From: Octopus sinensis
Lineage: Eukaryota
Assembly: GCF_006345805.1 (NCBI RefSeq)
Contig: NC_043004.1
Location: forward strand, 1,178,001 to 1,242,000
DNA: 64,000 bases
Direction of reading: 5' to 3'
The position numbers and the translations under genes were made by a program. The notes below the pieces were generated by a model, which had not been told where the DNA came from, searched no databases, and saw only the letters and a list, made by a program, of their open reading frames with translations. Positions 11,271 to 24,665 of the stretch are shown here, piece after piece; within the stretch, counting starts at the first letter, position 1, and each line of letters starts with the position of its first letter.

Positions 11271-11829
11271 ATAGTGAGAAAATAATAAGGGTCAATGGTC
11301 ACCATATAGAAAGGCAGCGAGCAGGCAGAAACGTTAGCACACTGGGCGAAATGCTTAGCGGTATTTTGTCTGCCGTTATGTTCTGAGTTCAAATTCCACC
11401 GAGGTCGACTTTGCCTTTCATCCTTTCGGGGTCGATAAATAAAGTACCAGTTTCACACTGGGGTCGATGTAATTGACTTAATCCCTTTGTCTGTCTTTGT
11501 TTGTCCCCTCTACGTTTAGCCCCTTGTGGGTAGTAAAATAAATATATATATAAAAAAAAAACAATGGTAAATATATAGAGCCTGTTAAATAAAAAAAAAA
11601 CTGTTCTTATAAAAAGATAAATTGTTCCTGTGTATGGCGATTTTTGAATCACTTAGTATAATTCAAGCAAAGAAGGTCACACATGAAGAAATCTCAGGTA
11701 AAAGAGACAGAGGAAAACCACGAAGAGGGAAACTGAGCAACACCAGAGAATGGCAGCTATGTACTTATGGTCTCCTCAATGACTAAATTTTGATTGATCA
11801 ACATAAAAGATAATAATAGGAAATAATGC

Positions 11830-11835
11830 TTTATT
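11830..11835 (-). promoter_or_regulatory. Probable polyadenylation signal of UTP11
   Basis: AATAAA on the minus strand ~59 nt downstream of the UTP11 stop codon. Confidence 0.5.
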
Positions 11836-11893
11836 ATGTTCTAAAAAGAGTAAATAATTTCCATCTGGTTCTTCTAGAAGCTGTTCTGTACCA

Positions 11894-11980
11894 TTATCTC
11901 TTCCGCTGGAATTTCCACCTGTACTGTGCTGCTCTTTTTTCAGTTTCTTTTGCAACTCTGGTCCGTTTTTCAGTCTTATT
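11894..11980 (-). CDS. UTP11: UTP11 terminal coding exon
   Basis: Acceptor CTCATTTCTTTCTTTCATGTAG, phase 0. Encodes NKTEKRTRVAKETEKRAAQYRWKFQRKR* (TAA), which resembles the human UTP11 C-terminus as I recall it (DKTQKVKVKKETVNSPAIYKFQSRRKR*). Confidence 0.88.
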   Translation of the reverse strand, partial: NKTEKRTRVAKETEKRAAQYRWKFQRKR

Positions 11981-13029
11981 CTACATGAAAGAAAGAAATG
12001 AGATACAGGTTATTTCTTTAAAACAGTTAAACAAAATCAAAAGAACAGCAAAATTTATTCCCAAAATCCAATCAATGCAGTTTATGTTGAAGGCTGTTGT
12101 TTTCTGCAACCCATCAGCACCATCTTCTCTTCATTTCCAAACTAAGGTTACCATTCCATTGAACTCAGCCTCTCACAAGTCTTAATATTCTAACCAAATT
12201 TCCTTTAATAATATTTAAAAATCCGAAGGTAGCAAGCTGAGTGAAATGCTTAGCTGCATTATGGTTGTCTTTATTGTTGTTGTTGTTGTAGTCGTTTAAC
12301 GTCCGCTTTCCATGCTGGCATGGGTTGGATGGTTTGACTGGAGACTAGCAAGCCAGGAGACCTCACCAGGCTCCAATCTGATCTGGCAATGTTTCTACAG
12401 CTGGATGTCCTTTCTCACACCAACCACTCTGAGAGTGTAGTGGGTACTTTTTATGGTCAGGTGGCACTGGCGTCAGTCACGTTCGGATGGTGCATTTTAC
12501 ATGCTACTGGCACAGGAGCCAGTTGTGGCATAGGGACAGCTGGCATTGACCATGTTTGGATGGTGCTTTTTATGTGCCCTCGGCATAGGGAGCCAGTCAG
12601 ACGGCACAGGCAACAACCGACACATGAATGGTGCTTATTGTGTGCCACCAGCATCAGAGCCAGTCAGGCATATGATGCAAATATTCCAGCACCGGAAGAT
12701 GGCAAGCTGGCAGAATTGTCAGCACACAAGGCAAAATACTGTATGGAATTTCCTCCGTCTTAATGTTCTGAGATCAAATTCTTCTGAGGTGGACTTTGCC
12801 TTTTATATTTTAGAGGTCGATTAAATAAGTGTTGGGATCGATGTAATAGACTTACCCACTGCCCAGAAATTGAAATGGATATCTTTTGTGGCAGGGGGAG
12901 GAGGGAGGGAGGGAGAGAGAGATAGACAGACAGACAGACAGAGCGAGAGAGATAGATAGATAGATAGATAGAGAGGAGAGAGAGATGATGTATTTGGATT
13001 ATTAGGCCATTGACAGTGTGGCAAGAAGA

Positions 13030-13640
13030 AGCTGCCCAACCACATGGCCCCGGGTTCAGTCCCACAGTGTGCCACTTTGGGCAAGTGTATTCTACTATAG
13101 CCTCGGGCCACCCAAAGCCTTGTGAGTGGATTTGGTAGATGAAAACTGGAAGAAGCCTGTCGTATATATATCACCTGGCCCTTGTGCCGGTGGCACATAA
13201 AAAGCACCATCCGTTCGTGGCTGTTTGCCAGCTCTGTCTGGCACCTGTGCGGGTGGCACGTAAAAAGCACCCACTACACTCACGGAGTGGTTGGTGTTAG
13301 GAAGGGCATCCAGCCGTAGAAACACTGCCAGATTTGACTGGGCCTGATGAAGCCTTCTGGCTTCACAGACCCCAGTAGAACCGTCCAACCCATGCTAGCA
13401 TGGAAAACGGACGCTAAACGACGATGATGATGATATATGTGTGTGTGTGTGTGTGTGTGTGTCTGTTGACAGCCGATGCTGGTGTGTTTATGCCCCCGTA
13501 ACTTAGCGGTTCGGCAAAAGAGATCGACAGAATAAGTACTAGGCTTACAAAGAATAAGCTCTGTGGTTGATTTGCTCGACTAAAGGCAGTGCTCCAGCAT
13601 GGCCACAGTCAAATGACTGAAACAAGTAAAAGAATAAAAG
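13030..13640 (+). mobile_element. Family B SINE with an RTE 3'-tail copy nested in its internal microsatellite
   Basis: SINE 5' half ends at (TA)n ~13170. RTE tail at ~13178-13435 ends in (GAT)n. The SINE 3' half resumes at (TG)n and ends ~13640. Confidence 0.8.
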
Positions 13641-13648
13641 AATATATA

Positions 13649-13879
13649 TATTCTGTTGTGTCTGGGGAGAGTCATTTTCTTTTTGTGCCATATAATGTAA
13701 CACACTCACCAGTAAAATTTCCACTTATTTCATATTTTTATTTTCCTATTGAAAAGGTTGCAAGACACAACGAAAATTTTAGGAAACTAAAAATAAGAAA
13801 TAAGAGGCAATTTTACCGGTGAGTGTGTTATATTATAAGGCACAAAAAAAAAATGACCCTCCCCAGACACAACAGAATA
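13649..13879. mobile_element. Fold-back MITE with ~80-bp TIRs
   Basis: TATTCTGTTGTGTCTGGGGAGAGTCATTTT...CACACTCACCAGTAAAATT is mirrored by AATTTTACCGGTGAGTGTG...AAAATGACCCTCCCCAGACACAACAGAATA; TA-rich flanks. Confidence 0.8.
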
Positions 13880-14571
13880 TACTTCAACACACAAACTCAT
13901 ATAAAGAATCTTGCAAACCAAATCCAAAAACGAAATATATATATAAATAAAAATATCTATCTATCTCTCTCTATATATATGTATATGTGCAGCAGCCACT
14001 CCATCTTGTGGGGTTCATTTCTCAGACAGGCAGCCATTATCCTGAATTTGAGAGGGAAAACAGTAGAATGGAGTCTGAGAACAGCCGAGGTCTCGCTAGT
14101 GACCAGCACAAACTGATAGCTGCTGGTCAGGCCCCTGTAGTTGTTTATTTTTCTCTATTCTGCATTACAGGTGGTGATACCTGCATTTACCAAATTCACT
14201 CACAAGGCATTGGTTGGTTGGTTGTTTGGTTAGTGATAGCAGAAGATACTTGCCCAAGGTGCTGCATAGTGGGACTGAACCTGTAACCTTGTGGTTATGA
14301 AACACACTCCTTAACCACACAGCCATAGTAGTACCAGTTAAAGGTACCTACTGACAAAGTAATGAGCTGGGCAACCATCTCTGGTGTCAAGTTATGTAGT
14401 TTTGGTTAGACTAAGAACATTACTCTGTTAGTCTTACTTAAGCCTTGCTTAGCAGGTCTATGGTCAAAAAGATTCCAACAGTGACCACCCCATTTATTTT
14501 TTCACGCTTAATATCTAATGTACACTACATTTAGGAATAAACACTGGCAGCGTTACTGTTGCACTGAATGT

Positions 14572-14820
14572 GGGTCCACATTGAGACGGGTCCACATTGA
14601 GACGGGTCCATGTTGAGGTGGGTCCACATTGAGGTGGGACCACATTGAGATGGGTCCACACTGAGATGGGTCCACATTGAGACGGGTCCACATTGAGATG
14701 GGTCCACATTGAGACGGGTCCACATTGAGACAGGTCCACATTGAGGTGGGTCCACAATGAGATAGGTCCACATTGAGATGGGTCCACGTTGAGGTGGGTT
14801 CACACTGACATGGGTCCACT
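14572..14820. repeat. 16-bp minisatellite (GGGTCCACATTGAGAY, ~15 units)
   Basis: Direct head-to-tail units without spacers; this explains the three overlapping repetitive minus ORFs. Confidence 0.92.
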
Positions 14821-15507
14821 ATGATCATCCTATATTTGAGACTGGTGCAACATAAAAGCAACCAGTACACTCTGTGAGGTGGCTGGCATTAGGGAAGGGC
14901 ATCAGGCCATAGAAACCTCGCCAAAAAGATAACTGGTACCTGGGTGGCCCTACAGCTGGCCAGTTTTCAGTCAAACCGTCCAAGTCAGACCAGCATGGGA
15001 AACGGACATTAAATGATGATGATGGTGACGATGATATATATATCTAGGATTGATCTGATGGAGTATTGGCTTGGCTGCTATTTCTAGCAGGTTCAGCAAC
15101 TGCACAAAAGAATGTACCACAAATAAAAAAAAAATTAACCTGAAAAAACATAAACCTATCAGGAATAAAGAAAACATCTGCAAGAGAATCTGTGTGTGTG
15201 TGTGTGCGGAAGAAAGGTAGGTGAAGGCAGAAAAACCAAAGAACATTAACTTCCTGTGACTTTTATCAATAACAACAACAACACGAACAGCAACAAAGTT
15301 TCATATGTTATTTATAGTAGTTCAGAGGGGTGAACGCTTCTACACGAGCAACACAAAGACTCCAAATGGTGATTATATACACATACGTAAGTATATTTAC
15401 ATATATATATATATCTATATCTATATATAAATATATATGTATATATGTGTGTGTGTGTGTGTGTGTGCATATATATGTATATATATATATATATATTTGT
15501 CTTTATA

Positions 15508-15543
<36 letters not shown>

Positions 15544-15895
15544 TGTATTGTATGTAGATGTATGTGAAATGCGGGTGTTTTCTCTTAAGTAATGATATCA
15601 AAAGATATTCAAATTTCTAAGTTTCTGATTAATTTCTCTAACCAGAAATTTCCCCCACCCCCTCCTGCCACCCATCCTTGCTTTTCTTTTGAGAGTGTTA
15701 AAGGGGGTCAGCTGTGGGGTGATTTGAATACCTTAGCAGAGTTTTGACGTAAATGAGGGACTTTGAGTAAGCACCAAGTGATTATTTGTGAATACATGCA
15801 CACACATACACACACACACACACACACAAATAGAATATTTGTGTGTATTTACACATATGCATGTATATGTGTACATATATGATTATATATATATG

Positions 15896-15946
<51 letters not shown>

Positions 15947-16755
15947 GCATGATGATGTATAAATATGACTATATGAACGTGTGTGTGTGTTTGTAATTCT
16001 TTCTCCCCCTTTTTGCAAAGGAATATAAATTGTTGTCAAGGGTGGCGGATGGGCAGATGAGGTGGGAAAAGCAGCTTCGGAACACATTAGCAAGACAAAC
16101 AACTCCTAGCCCACACATGTAAGTATAAACATTTGCATTCTATGTTCATTTTCTACATTAACAGAGTGATGTATTGTGGAAAGGAACAACAACACCAACA
16201 ACATCATCATCAACGGCAATCACCAAACGCAAAAGAAAAAAAAAACAAAAGATTAAAAGCAAAAAGGGTAGATCTAAATGTGGTATTAAAGAAATCGTGA
16301 AACCTCATCTGCATATCTTACATAAAGACGCAGTAACTGGGAGCAAAGTTTCACAGTTTAGTGAAATAAAACAAAAGGGTTCACAGCCAGAAATACAGGC
16401 AAATGTTAATATATTACCAGCACCAGGGTTCTTGACTCTGCGGAACATTTCCATCTTGGTTTGATCTAGTGGCAGTTTGGTCTTGTTTGTTTTTTATACA
16501 TTTTTGTGTTTAGTTATAAATAAACTAGACATTCTTAACTAAACACGGGGGGGGGGGGGGATAAGCAATAAATTATTATTGTTGTTGTTGTTGTTATTAT
16601 TATTATAAATATTATTATTATTGGGGGTAGATCTCACCATTTTGGCACTTGTATTTTTTTTTTCTTTTTCTTTTTTACTGAAGGGGCAGGATGAAAGCTA
16701 TTAAGATACTATTACTTCAGAAATGCTGTTACATAAAAAGATTTTCATGTTGAAT

Positions 16756-16801
<46 letters not shown>

Positions 16802-16906
16802 GCATAAACAAAGAAAGAAATAAACTCTCCACCCAGAAGGAAATTAATAATGTTTATATACAATGAAATATTGGATTAGCAGAACGAAAACAACACAGCA
16901 TATATA

Positions 16907-16973
<67 letters not shown>

Positions 16974-18356
16974 GTGTATGTGTGTGTACACATATGTGGT
17001 ATAACAATAGATAAATGAAGTAAAAATAAATAAACAAATAGCTGGGGTGAGCAAAGCACCCCTAAAGTAAATATCAAACGCTTTTCCAAACATCCTCCTC
17101 CGCCTCCACCTCGTCCACCCACTTCTATGCTGAATATCAATTGAAAGGTGGCAATAAATGGGGGGTGGGGTGGGGGTGTTTCGTACGGGGGGGGGAGAAA
17201 GGAAAGAATGGAAATAATATAACACAGACTGGTTAAAATAAGACGAAAATAACAATACAGTGGCCCCTCCCCTCAAAAAAGAAAACAAAAAAAAAACGAT
17301 TGAGAAATATATCAGGGGTGGTGGAAATAAATACTGAGTAAGAGAGAGAGAGAGAGAGAAATCAATTATAAAAGATGGAAAACTACCAAAAAATGTTGGT
17401 TGATTGGAAAAAAAAAAGCCACAAAAATAAATAAGTGAAAATTAGCTTGATTATGGTGTAATAATTAGTTGAAATATGGTTTTGGTAATGGGAACAGCTG
17501 GTCATGGAATGAACACAGTAACAGCAATAAATAATGGCATCAAATTTCGGCAGAAGGCCAGCGATTTTCAAGGGAAGGGGCCAGTTGGTTACATCATCAA
17601 GCTTCTGTGCTCAGCTGGTACTTGCTTTATCGACCCCACAAAAAGATGAAAAACAATATCGACCTCAGTGACACTTGAACTTAGAATGAAGACAGGTGAA
17701 ATAATGCAGTAAAGCATTTTGCCAGGCGTGCCACTGATTCTGCTAGCAGGAACAGCAGTTTCGAATTTTGACACAAGGCCAGCAAATTTGGAAAGGAGTG
17801 GGGGTAGTTGATAACACTGACCCCCACCTCCCCAATATCCAACCAGTACTTGTTTTATCGACCCCGAAGGGATGAAATACCAATAGGTATTTGGTCTGAA
17901 GTGCTAATAATTTCAACTAAAAGCACAATGCCTGAAATTTGAGGGGAGGGGGACACTTGATCATATCAACCCCAGTACACAACTGGTACTTAATTTATCA
18001 ACCATGAAAGTATGAAAGGCAATAATAATAATAATAATAATGATAATAATAATAATAAAGATAATAATAATAATCGTTGACAAGCCAGGGAGTTGCACTA
18101 GGGTCCAGTTATATGTTTTGGCTTGTTTTTAAGGCTGGCTGCCCTTCCTAATGCCAACCAATGTATAGAGAATACTGGGTGCTATGGGTGATTTTTATGT
18201 GGCAAGTATGAGTACTGACTGGACTTTATATTATCAACTACTGAAATATGAAAGGCAGAGTCAACTCAGGAGAGATTTGAATTCAAAATGTCAAAAACAT
18301 TTACTGTTAGGGGTTTTTTAACCCCTGCCAAATTCCCTTGCTTTGCTTTCTGTCAC

Positions 18357-18568
18357 TTAATCCTTTCGTTACCAACCTGGCTCTCAATACAAATGTCTTG
18401 TTTCCATAAGTTCTGAATTAAGATCTTCCACCAAACCTTAGTCACAATTTATGTTCCTAACTCTAACAGAATGATAACTAAGTTATTTTACTAAATTCTT
18501 TGTTATATTTAAAGTAATTGAAAGAAACACAGAGCACCTCAAAATAAATACGGTAACAAAAGGGTTAA
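18357..18568 (+). mobile_element. TTAA-flanked (piggyBac-like) MITE
   Basis: TTAA-TCCTTTCGTTACC ... GGTAACAAAAGGG-TTAA. The same family occurs at 21004-21232 (reverse), 51730-51940, 63089-63317 and 63388-63611. Confidence 0.8.
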
Positions 18569-19401
18569 ATAACAAATAATATTGATTTTAAAGTATAAAG
18601 TGCCGGTGGCGCATAAAAAGCACAATTTGAGTGTGGTTGTTGCCAGTGCCGCCTGACTGGGTCCCATGCTGGTGGCATATAAAAAGAACCAGTCAAGCAT
18701 GGGTGATGCCAGTACCGCCTGACTGGCCCTTGTGCCAGTGGTATGTAAAAAGCAGCCACTACACTCTCGGAGTGGTTGGTGTTAGGAAGGACATCCAGCT
18801 GTAGAAACACTGCCAGATCAGATTGGGGCCTGGTGTAGCCTCCTGCCTTGCCAGTTTCCAGTCAAACCGTCCAGCCCATGCCAGCATGGGAAGTGGACGT
18901 TAAACGATGATGATGAAACAGAATGACAAAGGACAGTTGATTTAACTTGCAGCGGGGTCCTGCCTGTTAAATACTTAACAGGTGGGACCTATTTTATTGA
19001 CCCTGGAAGGATGAAAGACAAAGTCTACCATGGTGAGATTTAAACGCTGAAACTAAAAGGATAGAATTATATAGCAGGAGGCATTTTGCTGAGCCCTTTG
19101 CAAACTGCAACCCAACACCCTCAATGAAAATAAAAGTTTCTAATAAAGACTGGCTGACACTTAAGTAGCATCACTAATTGACAGGTATGGGTCTCCTTCA
19201 TGGTGGCCCCTCCTCCTGGTTTGAAGGCTTGTTCCAGCAAACAGTTGGTTGGCTCTGGCTGCTGGAACTGAAACTAACATGACACTGTAGGAAGGCAGGT
19301 TTAGAGAGGGTGCGGGCTAAGATTATGCGCCCTTCACCTTGATTGGTCAGTTGAAGTTTAGACAGTGTCAAATGACAACTAGCTGGTGCTGGCTGCTGGA
19401 G

Positions 19402-19522
19402 CCACAGGCATATGGTGTAGTTGTTAAGAGCGCGGGCTACTAACCCCAAGATTCCGAGTTCACTAGCAGGCAGTGACCTGAATAATAATAATAGTAATAA
19501 TAATAATAATAATAATAACAAC
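19402..19522 (+). mobile_element. Family H head plus (AAT)n only
   Basis: CCACAGGCATATGGTGTAGTTGTTAAGAGCGCGGGCTACTAACCCCAAGATTCCGAGTTC...GGCAGTGACCTG(AAT)n, with no HHR tail. Confidence 0.75.
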
Positions 19523-19531
19523 GTCATTGTC

Positions 19532-19684
19532 CCTATACAACAGATTGTAAGTGATTTGAGAGAAAAACTGGGTACAGGAGGCATCATACGCAGCATGCAA
19601 GAGAGAAGACTGCGGTAGTGCAGTCATGCAATGTGTATGAATGGATATAGTTGCATCAAGAGGTGCCAAGCTCTAATTGTGGAA
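19532..19684 (+). mobile_element. Diverged RTE ORF C-terminal fragment
   Basis: QIVSDLREKLGTGGIIRSMQERRLR*...SCIKRCQALIVEG aligns by eye with [26 protein letters not shown]...[13 protein letters not shown] in the 57813-59147 ORF. Confidence 0.7.
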
Positions 19685-21003
19685 GGAATAAGTACTAGGC
19701 TTACAAAGAGTAAGTCCTGGGGTCGAATTGTTCGACTAAAAGGTGGTGCTCCAGCATGGCCACAGTCAAAAGGACTGAAACAAGTAAAAAAAATAGAAGA
19801 TCACCAAGTTACTGTTACTGCTGTTATCTTCTCGTTAACCATTTAACATTCACATCACTCCGTCAAAAGTGTTGCTTATTTATTCACATTGTTTTGAATT
19901 AATCCTGCATTATCTTGTGGCTTCAAGACTGCAGTGATCATCATCATCACCAGCATCATCGTTTAACGTCTGTTTTCCATGCTGGCATGGGTTGGACGGT
20001 TTGCCTGTGGTCTGGAGAGCCAAGAGGCTGCACCAGGCTCCAATCTGATCTGGCAATGTTTCTACAGCTGAATGCCCTTCCTAACGCCAACCATTATTTT
20101 ATTTTTACTATAACATTGTAAAGTAGGTGGGAGATGTTGGATCTGGCCAGTGTGAACCTAAAAGGGGCAGAAGATTTTGGCTGGATAGAACCGGTTTAAA
20201 TACTAAAGGGTGGTTAAGCCATACTGAACTGCCACATGGGATTCGAGGAGTTGGTTGATGCTTCTTTTCTGGCCAAGCATATTCAGTGTTTGTTTAACTT
20301 GTATGTATAACCATATTTAAGAGAACAGAATTGTTTCTGAGAATGAATTGGTTGCAATTTCTTGAAGGTTGAGCAACTGTATTAGTGTAGTGCTTTTCAA
20401 TCTTTTTAATATCTGGGCCACATTCAAAACCTGCACTAAAAAAAGAGAAAAACACAAGTCATCTAAAGAAAAAATTTTTACATTCCGAACGTGGTTGATG
20501 TCAATGTCCTCTGACTGGCTCCTGTGCTGGTGGCATGTAAAAAGCACCCACTACACTCTTGGAGTGGTTGGCATTAGGAAGGGCATCCAGCTTTAGAAAC
20601 TCTGCTATATCAGATTGGAGCCTGGTACAGCCGCTGGCTCTCCAGACCTCAGTCAAATCATCCATCCTATGCCAGCATGGAGAACGGCTGTTAAACAATG
20701 ATGATGATGAGAGGGAAAGCTGTCAGGGGCCACTGGAAGAATGCTTGAGGACCACAATTGCCAACGGCTGGCATAGAGGCTTCTTCATTGGAAGTGTGGT
20801 TCTATCTGACACTTAGCCCCAAGTTGGCCATGATCAAATAGACTAAAATATTTAAGCAATAACTATCTTGTCCTTTTTTTTTTTCAGGAATAGCGTACCC
20901 CTAAACTGTATTGTCCAATATGCTCTTTATGACAGTAATCTTGGTTTGAGGACATGTGACCATGTACTATGATATGTTGCATGTTGTCATCAACTTTGAC
21001 TGC

Positions 21004-21232
21004 TTAACCCTTTCGTTACTGTATTTATTTTGAGATGCTCTGTGTTTCTTTCAATTAATTTTAAATATAACAAAGAATTTAGTAAAATAACTTAGTGATC
21101 ATTCAGCTAGTGTTAGGAACATAAATTGTGACTAAGGTTTGGTGGAAGATTTTAATTCAAAACTTATAGAAACAAGACATTTGTACTCAGAGCCAGAGCA
21201 GGTTTTGGCCAGGTTGGTAGCGAAAAGGTTAA
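21004..21232 (-). mobile_element. TTAA-flanked MITE (same family as 18357-18568)
   Basis: TTAA-CCCTTTCGTTAC ... GGTAGCGAAAAGG-TTAA. Confidence 0.8.
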
Positions 21233-22205
21233 CACACCAGAAACGAGAAGGGAGAGTAGACCCATGTCTAATCATTTGCTAAGGGTTGATCTTGACTCTA
21301 AGTCATCATTCATAACCCAAAGGATTATATTAAGTGAATGACTTCTTTGGAAATCACAGAAGATCTATTGTATTTACTGCTCAAATTTAATGTTAAGGGT
21401 ATATGTGTCTATGGTATACTCAACCATTTAGAATGCTAATTCAATGAATCTGGCAGTTCAGTTGATGAAACAAGTAATTAACTGTCGGAGCTGATGAAGA
21501 TCCATCTACTCAGCATGTGTGTGTGTTTGCATATAAGTATGCGAATATGAATAAATGCATAATAACACAAATACTGGTATAATTTGGTCAGGTCCAGAGG
21601 TATGATTAATGCTCTCTCTCTTTCACACACACACATTCTCTCTCTCTCTCTCTCTCTCTCTCCTTCACTCTCTCTCTCATACACACACACACATGACCAA
21701 TACATAAGAAATCATTCAAATAAAATAAACCTTTGACCAATATTGTAACTAAATTTTTTCTGGTCAATTAATTTTATTTATGTCTGTTACATATGGGACA
21801 CACAATAACACACACACACAGAGGCTTCAAAACATACATACATACTTTAGTAACAGGCAAACATAAAAACATACTCACACATAAAATGTGAATAAAAACA
21901 AACACACACACACAGACATGCAAGGAAGAGAGAAAAAAAAAAGGATCAGGTTAGAAAGAATCAATGAGGAAGAATTAAAAGGAAAACAATAGGGCTGAGG
22001 GGAACACACACACACACACACTCACACACACACACACGCACGTACACAAAAGGGGAAAATACTTGGTGTATGAAATAAAAATGGAAGCATTACTAAAAAG
22101 ATATGCCAAAAAAATAGATAACACAATAAATAATATAAAAAAAACCCTCGGAGATGTAAGAGAAAGGAAGGCAATAGAAAGAGGAAATAGTGGATAAAAA
22201 AACCT

Positions 22206-22310
22206 ATGATGATGATGATGATGATGATAATGATAATAATAATGATGATAATAATAATAATAGTAATGATAATAATAATAATGATAATAATAATGATGAT
22301 GATGATGATG

Positions 22311-22400
<90 letters not shown>
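22206..22400. repeat. Compound (GAT/AAT)n microsatellite
   Basis: Directly visible; source of the poly-I/N/M ORFs. Confidence 0.95.
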
Positions 22401-22404
<4 letters not shown>

Positions 22405-23256
22405 TAATAATAATAATCAGAAGAAAGAACCAAAATAATGATGACGGCAAAAAAAAAAAAAAAGAAAAAAAGGGAAAAATCTCCAGAGAGAAATTTAGTC
22501 AAATCAGGGATAGACAAGAGTGTTTAAATCATTTCAAAAGTGTGGCAGAGTTGTTTTGTAAAGGCTCTCTCTACCTTTATCCTGTGTAGTGTTTTTATTT
22601 TCTTCTTGGATATTGTGTGTAGCGAGTGATAAATGTCAGAGATAGAGGATTGAAAAGAAGAAATGGAAGCCTAAATGGCATCATGGGATTGACTGAAGCG
22701 AAGAGGGATCGGTCTGCGGCTTTGTGTGGCGCTTCCTGCAGTAGTGGCCAGTCAATGGTACATTGGCAGTTATCAAGAGAAAAAAAAAAGACCCTTCTTC
22801 TAATATCCACTTTTTTTTTACCCCTACCGCCTCCAGATGAGAGGGAGGGGAAAAAAAAATAAAGATGTAGGTAACATCTAAGTATGAAAGAAAGGCAAAA
22901 ATACAATTGTGTGTGTGTGCGTACTTAAAAAACTGAATTATTATTATCTCTTTTTTTTGAGCTGAAGTAAAAAAGAATCAACAAAAGCTAGAAAGTGCAT
23001 TGATAGTAAAAAAAAAAAAAAATTAAAAACAAAGAGTAATAAAAGTAGGGTTTCTTTTTATCATCATCATCATCATCGTTCAACATTTGCTTTCTATGCT
23101 AGCATGGGTTGGACGATTTGACTGAGGGCTGGCGAACCACATGGCTGCACCAGACTCCAATCTTGATCTGGCAGAGTTTCTACAGCTGGATGCCCTTCCT
23201 AACGCCAACCACTCTATATGTAAGGTTATGTGTCTGTGTATGTGCACACACATACA

Positions 23257-23288
<32 letters not shown>

Positions 23289-24204
23289 ACTACTTTCTTT
23301 TTAGAGTTGATTTTTTCATGTTTGCATAAGTTAAAAGGAATTCACTGAAACCCGTTTTCTATGGCTGGATGCCCTTCTTGTTGCCGATCTTCGTCTGTTT
23401 CCAAACAGGCTAATGTTTTCCCCTTGGTTGGACATGCTTTTATGGAAGATTGGAAATGTGTGGCACCACTTGCAAGAGGTGCCACATTTGTTAAAAATAT
23501 CAGAGGATGACAAGACAAGGAGACAAAATAAACAAAAAAAAATACACACACACATTAATGCATGCATGTACACATACATACACAAACATACATATACATG
23601 GTGAGCTTTAGCAGTTCCTACCTACCAGAGAGCCAAAGGCGGGGAGCTGGCAGAATCATTAGCACGCTGGGCGAAATGCTTAGCGGTATTTCATCTGCTG
23701 TTACGCTCTGAGTTCAAATTCTGCCAAGGTCGACTTTGCCTTTCATCCTTTTGGGGTCAATTAAATAAGTACCAGTTATGCACTGGGGTCGATATAATCG
23801 ACTTAATCCGTTTGTCTGTCTTTGTTTGTCCTCTCTGTGTTTAGCCCCTTGTGGGTAGTAAAGAAATAGGTATTTTGTTTGCCATTATGTTTTGAGTTCA
23901 AATTCTGCCAAGGTCGACTTTGCCTTTCATCCATTCGGGGTTGATTAAACAAGTACCAGTTACGCACTGGGGTCAATGTAATCGACTTAATCCCTTTGTT
24001 CGTCCCCTCTGTGTTTAGCCCCCACCCCCGCACTGTGGGCAATAACTAAATATATCTACCAAAGCCATTCACAAAGTTTTGGTTGGCCCAGGGCTAAAGT
24101 AGAAGATAGTCAACCAAGGTGCCATGCTGTGGCACTGAACCTGCATGCATATACTGTGCATGTGTGTATGTGCGCATGCACACGTTTACATACACACACA
24201 CATT

Positions 24205-24665
24205 ACTAGAATCCTTAGAGACAAGAAGAAAATCACTATAAGAACTGGAGAAGGAATTTCAGGCATGGAATCAAGAAGCCTAAGAGTTAATTTAGCAAGG
24301 ACCAAAGTCCTTGTAAGTAAGAAAACAGACAAATCCCAAATCCTTTCAGGATTATGGCCTTGCTCGATATGTAGAAAACGTGTTGATAGTATCTCCATAT
24401 GGCGTATCCAGTGCAAGCTGTGGACACAAAAAAGGTGCAGCAGCATCGTAGAGAGTTTAACAGAAAAAGTGGTTTTTGTCTGTGGTAGATATGCAAGTAC
24501 AATAAACACTAGAAATGTGCAGAAAATAGACTCCCGCAAATGTCCAGGGAGATCCTTTGACGTAGTAAGATAGTTTTTAGTACTTCGATAACTAAGTTAA
24601 CAGTGGAGGAGGAAGCTCTGAAGCATAGCTGCTAGAATAAGAATAGGCTGGGCAAAGTTCAGAGA
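24205..24665 (+). mobile_element. Older RTE RT/C-terminal fragment
   Basis: [39 protein letters not shown]...CKLWTQKRC...FVCGRY parallels the 444-aa RTE ORF; stops and frameshifts are present. Confidence 0.85.

Noticed and set aside
14572-14820. Regular short repeats (also 41671-42010, 48095-48530, 55077-55397) as CRISPR arrays
   Set aside because: Units are contiguous with no unique spacers, there are no cas genes, and the context is eukaryotic.
21975-22589. Long ORFs rich in I/L/H/Y/N
   Set aside because: Translations of the (GAT/AAT)n microsatellite.
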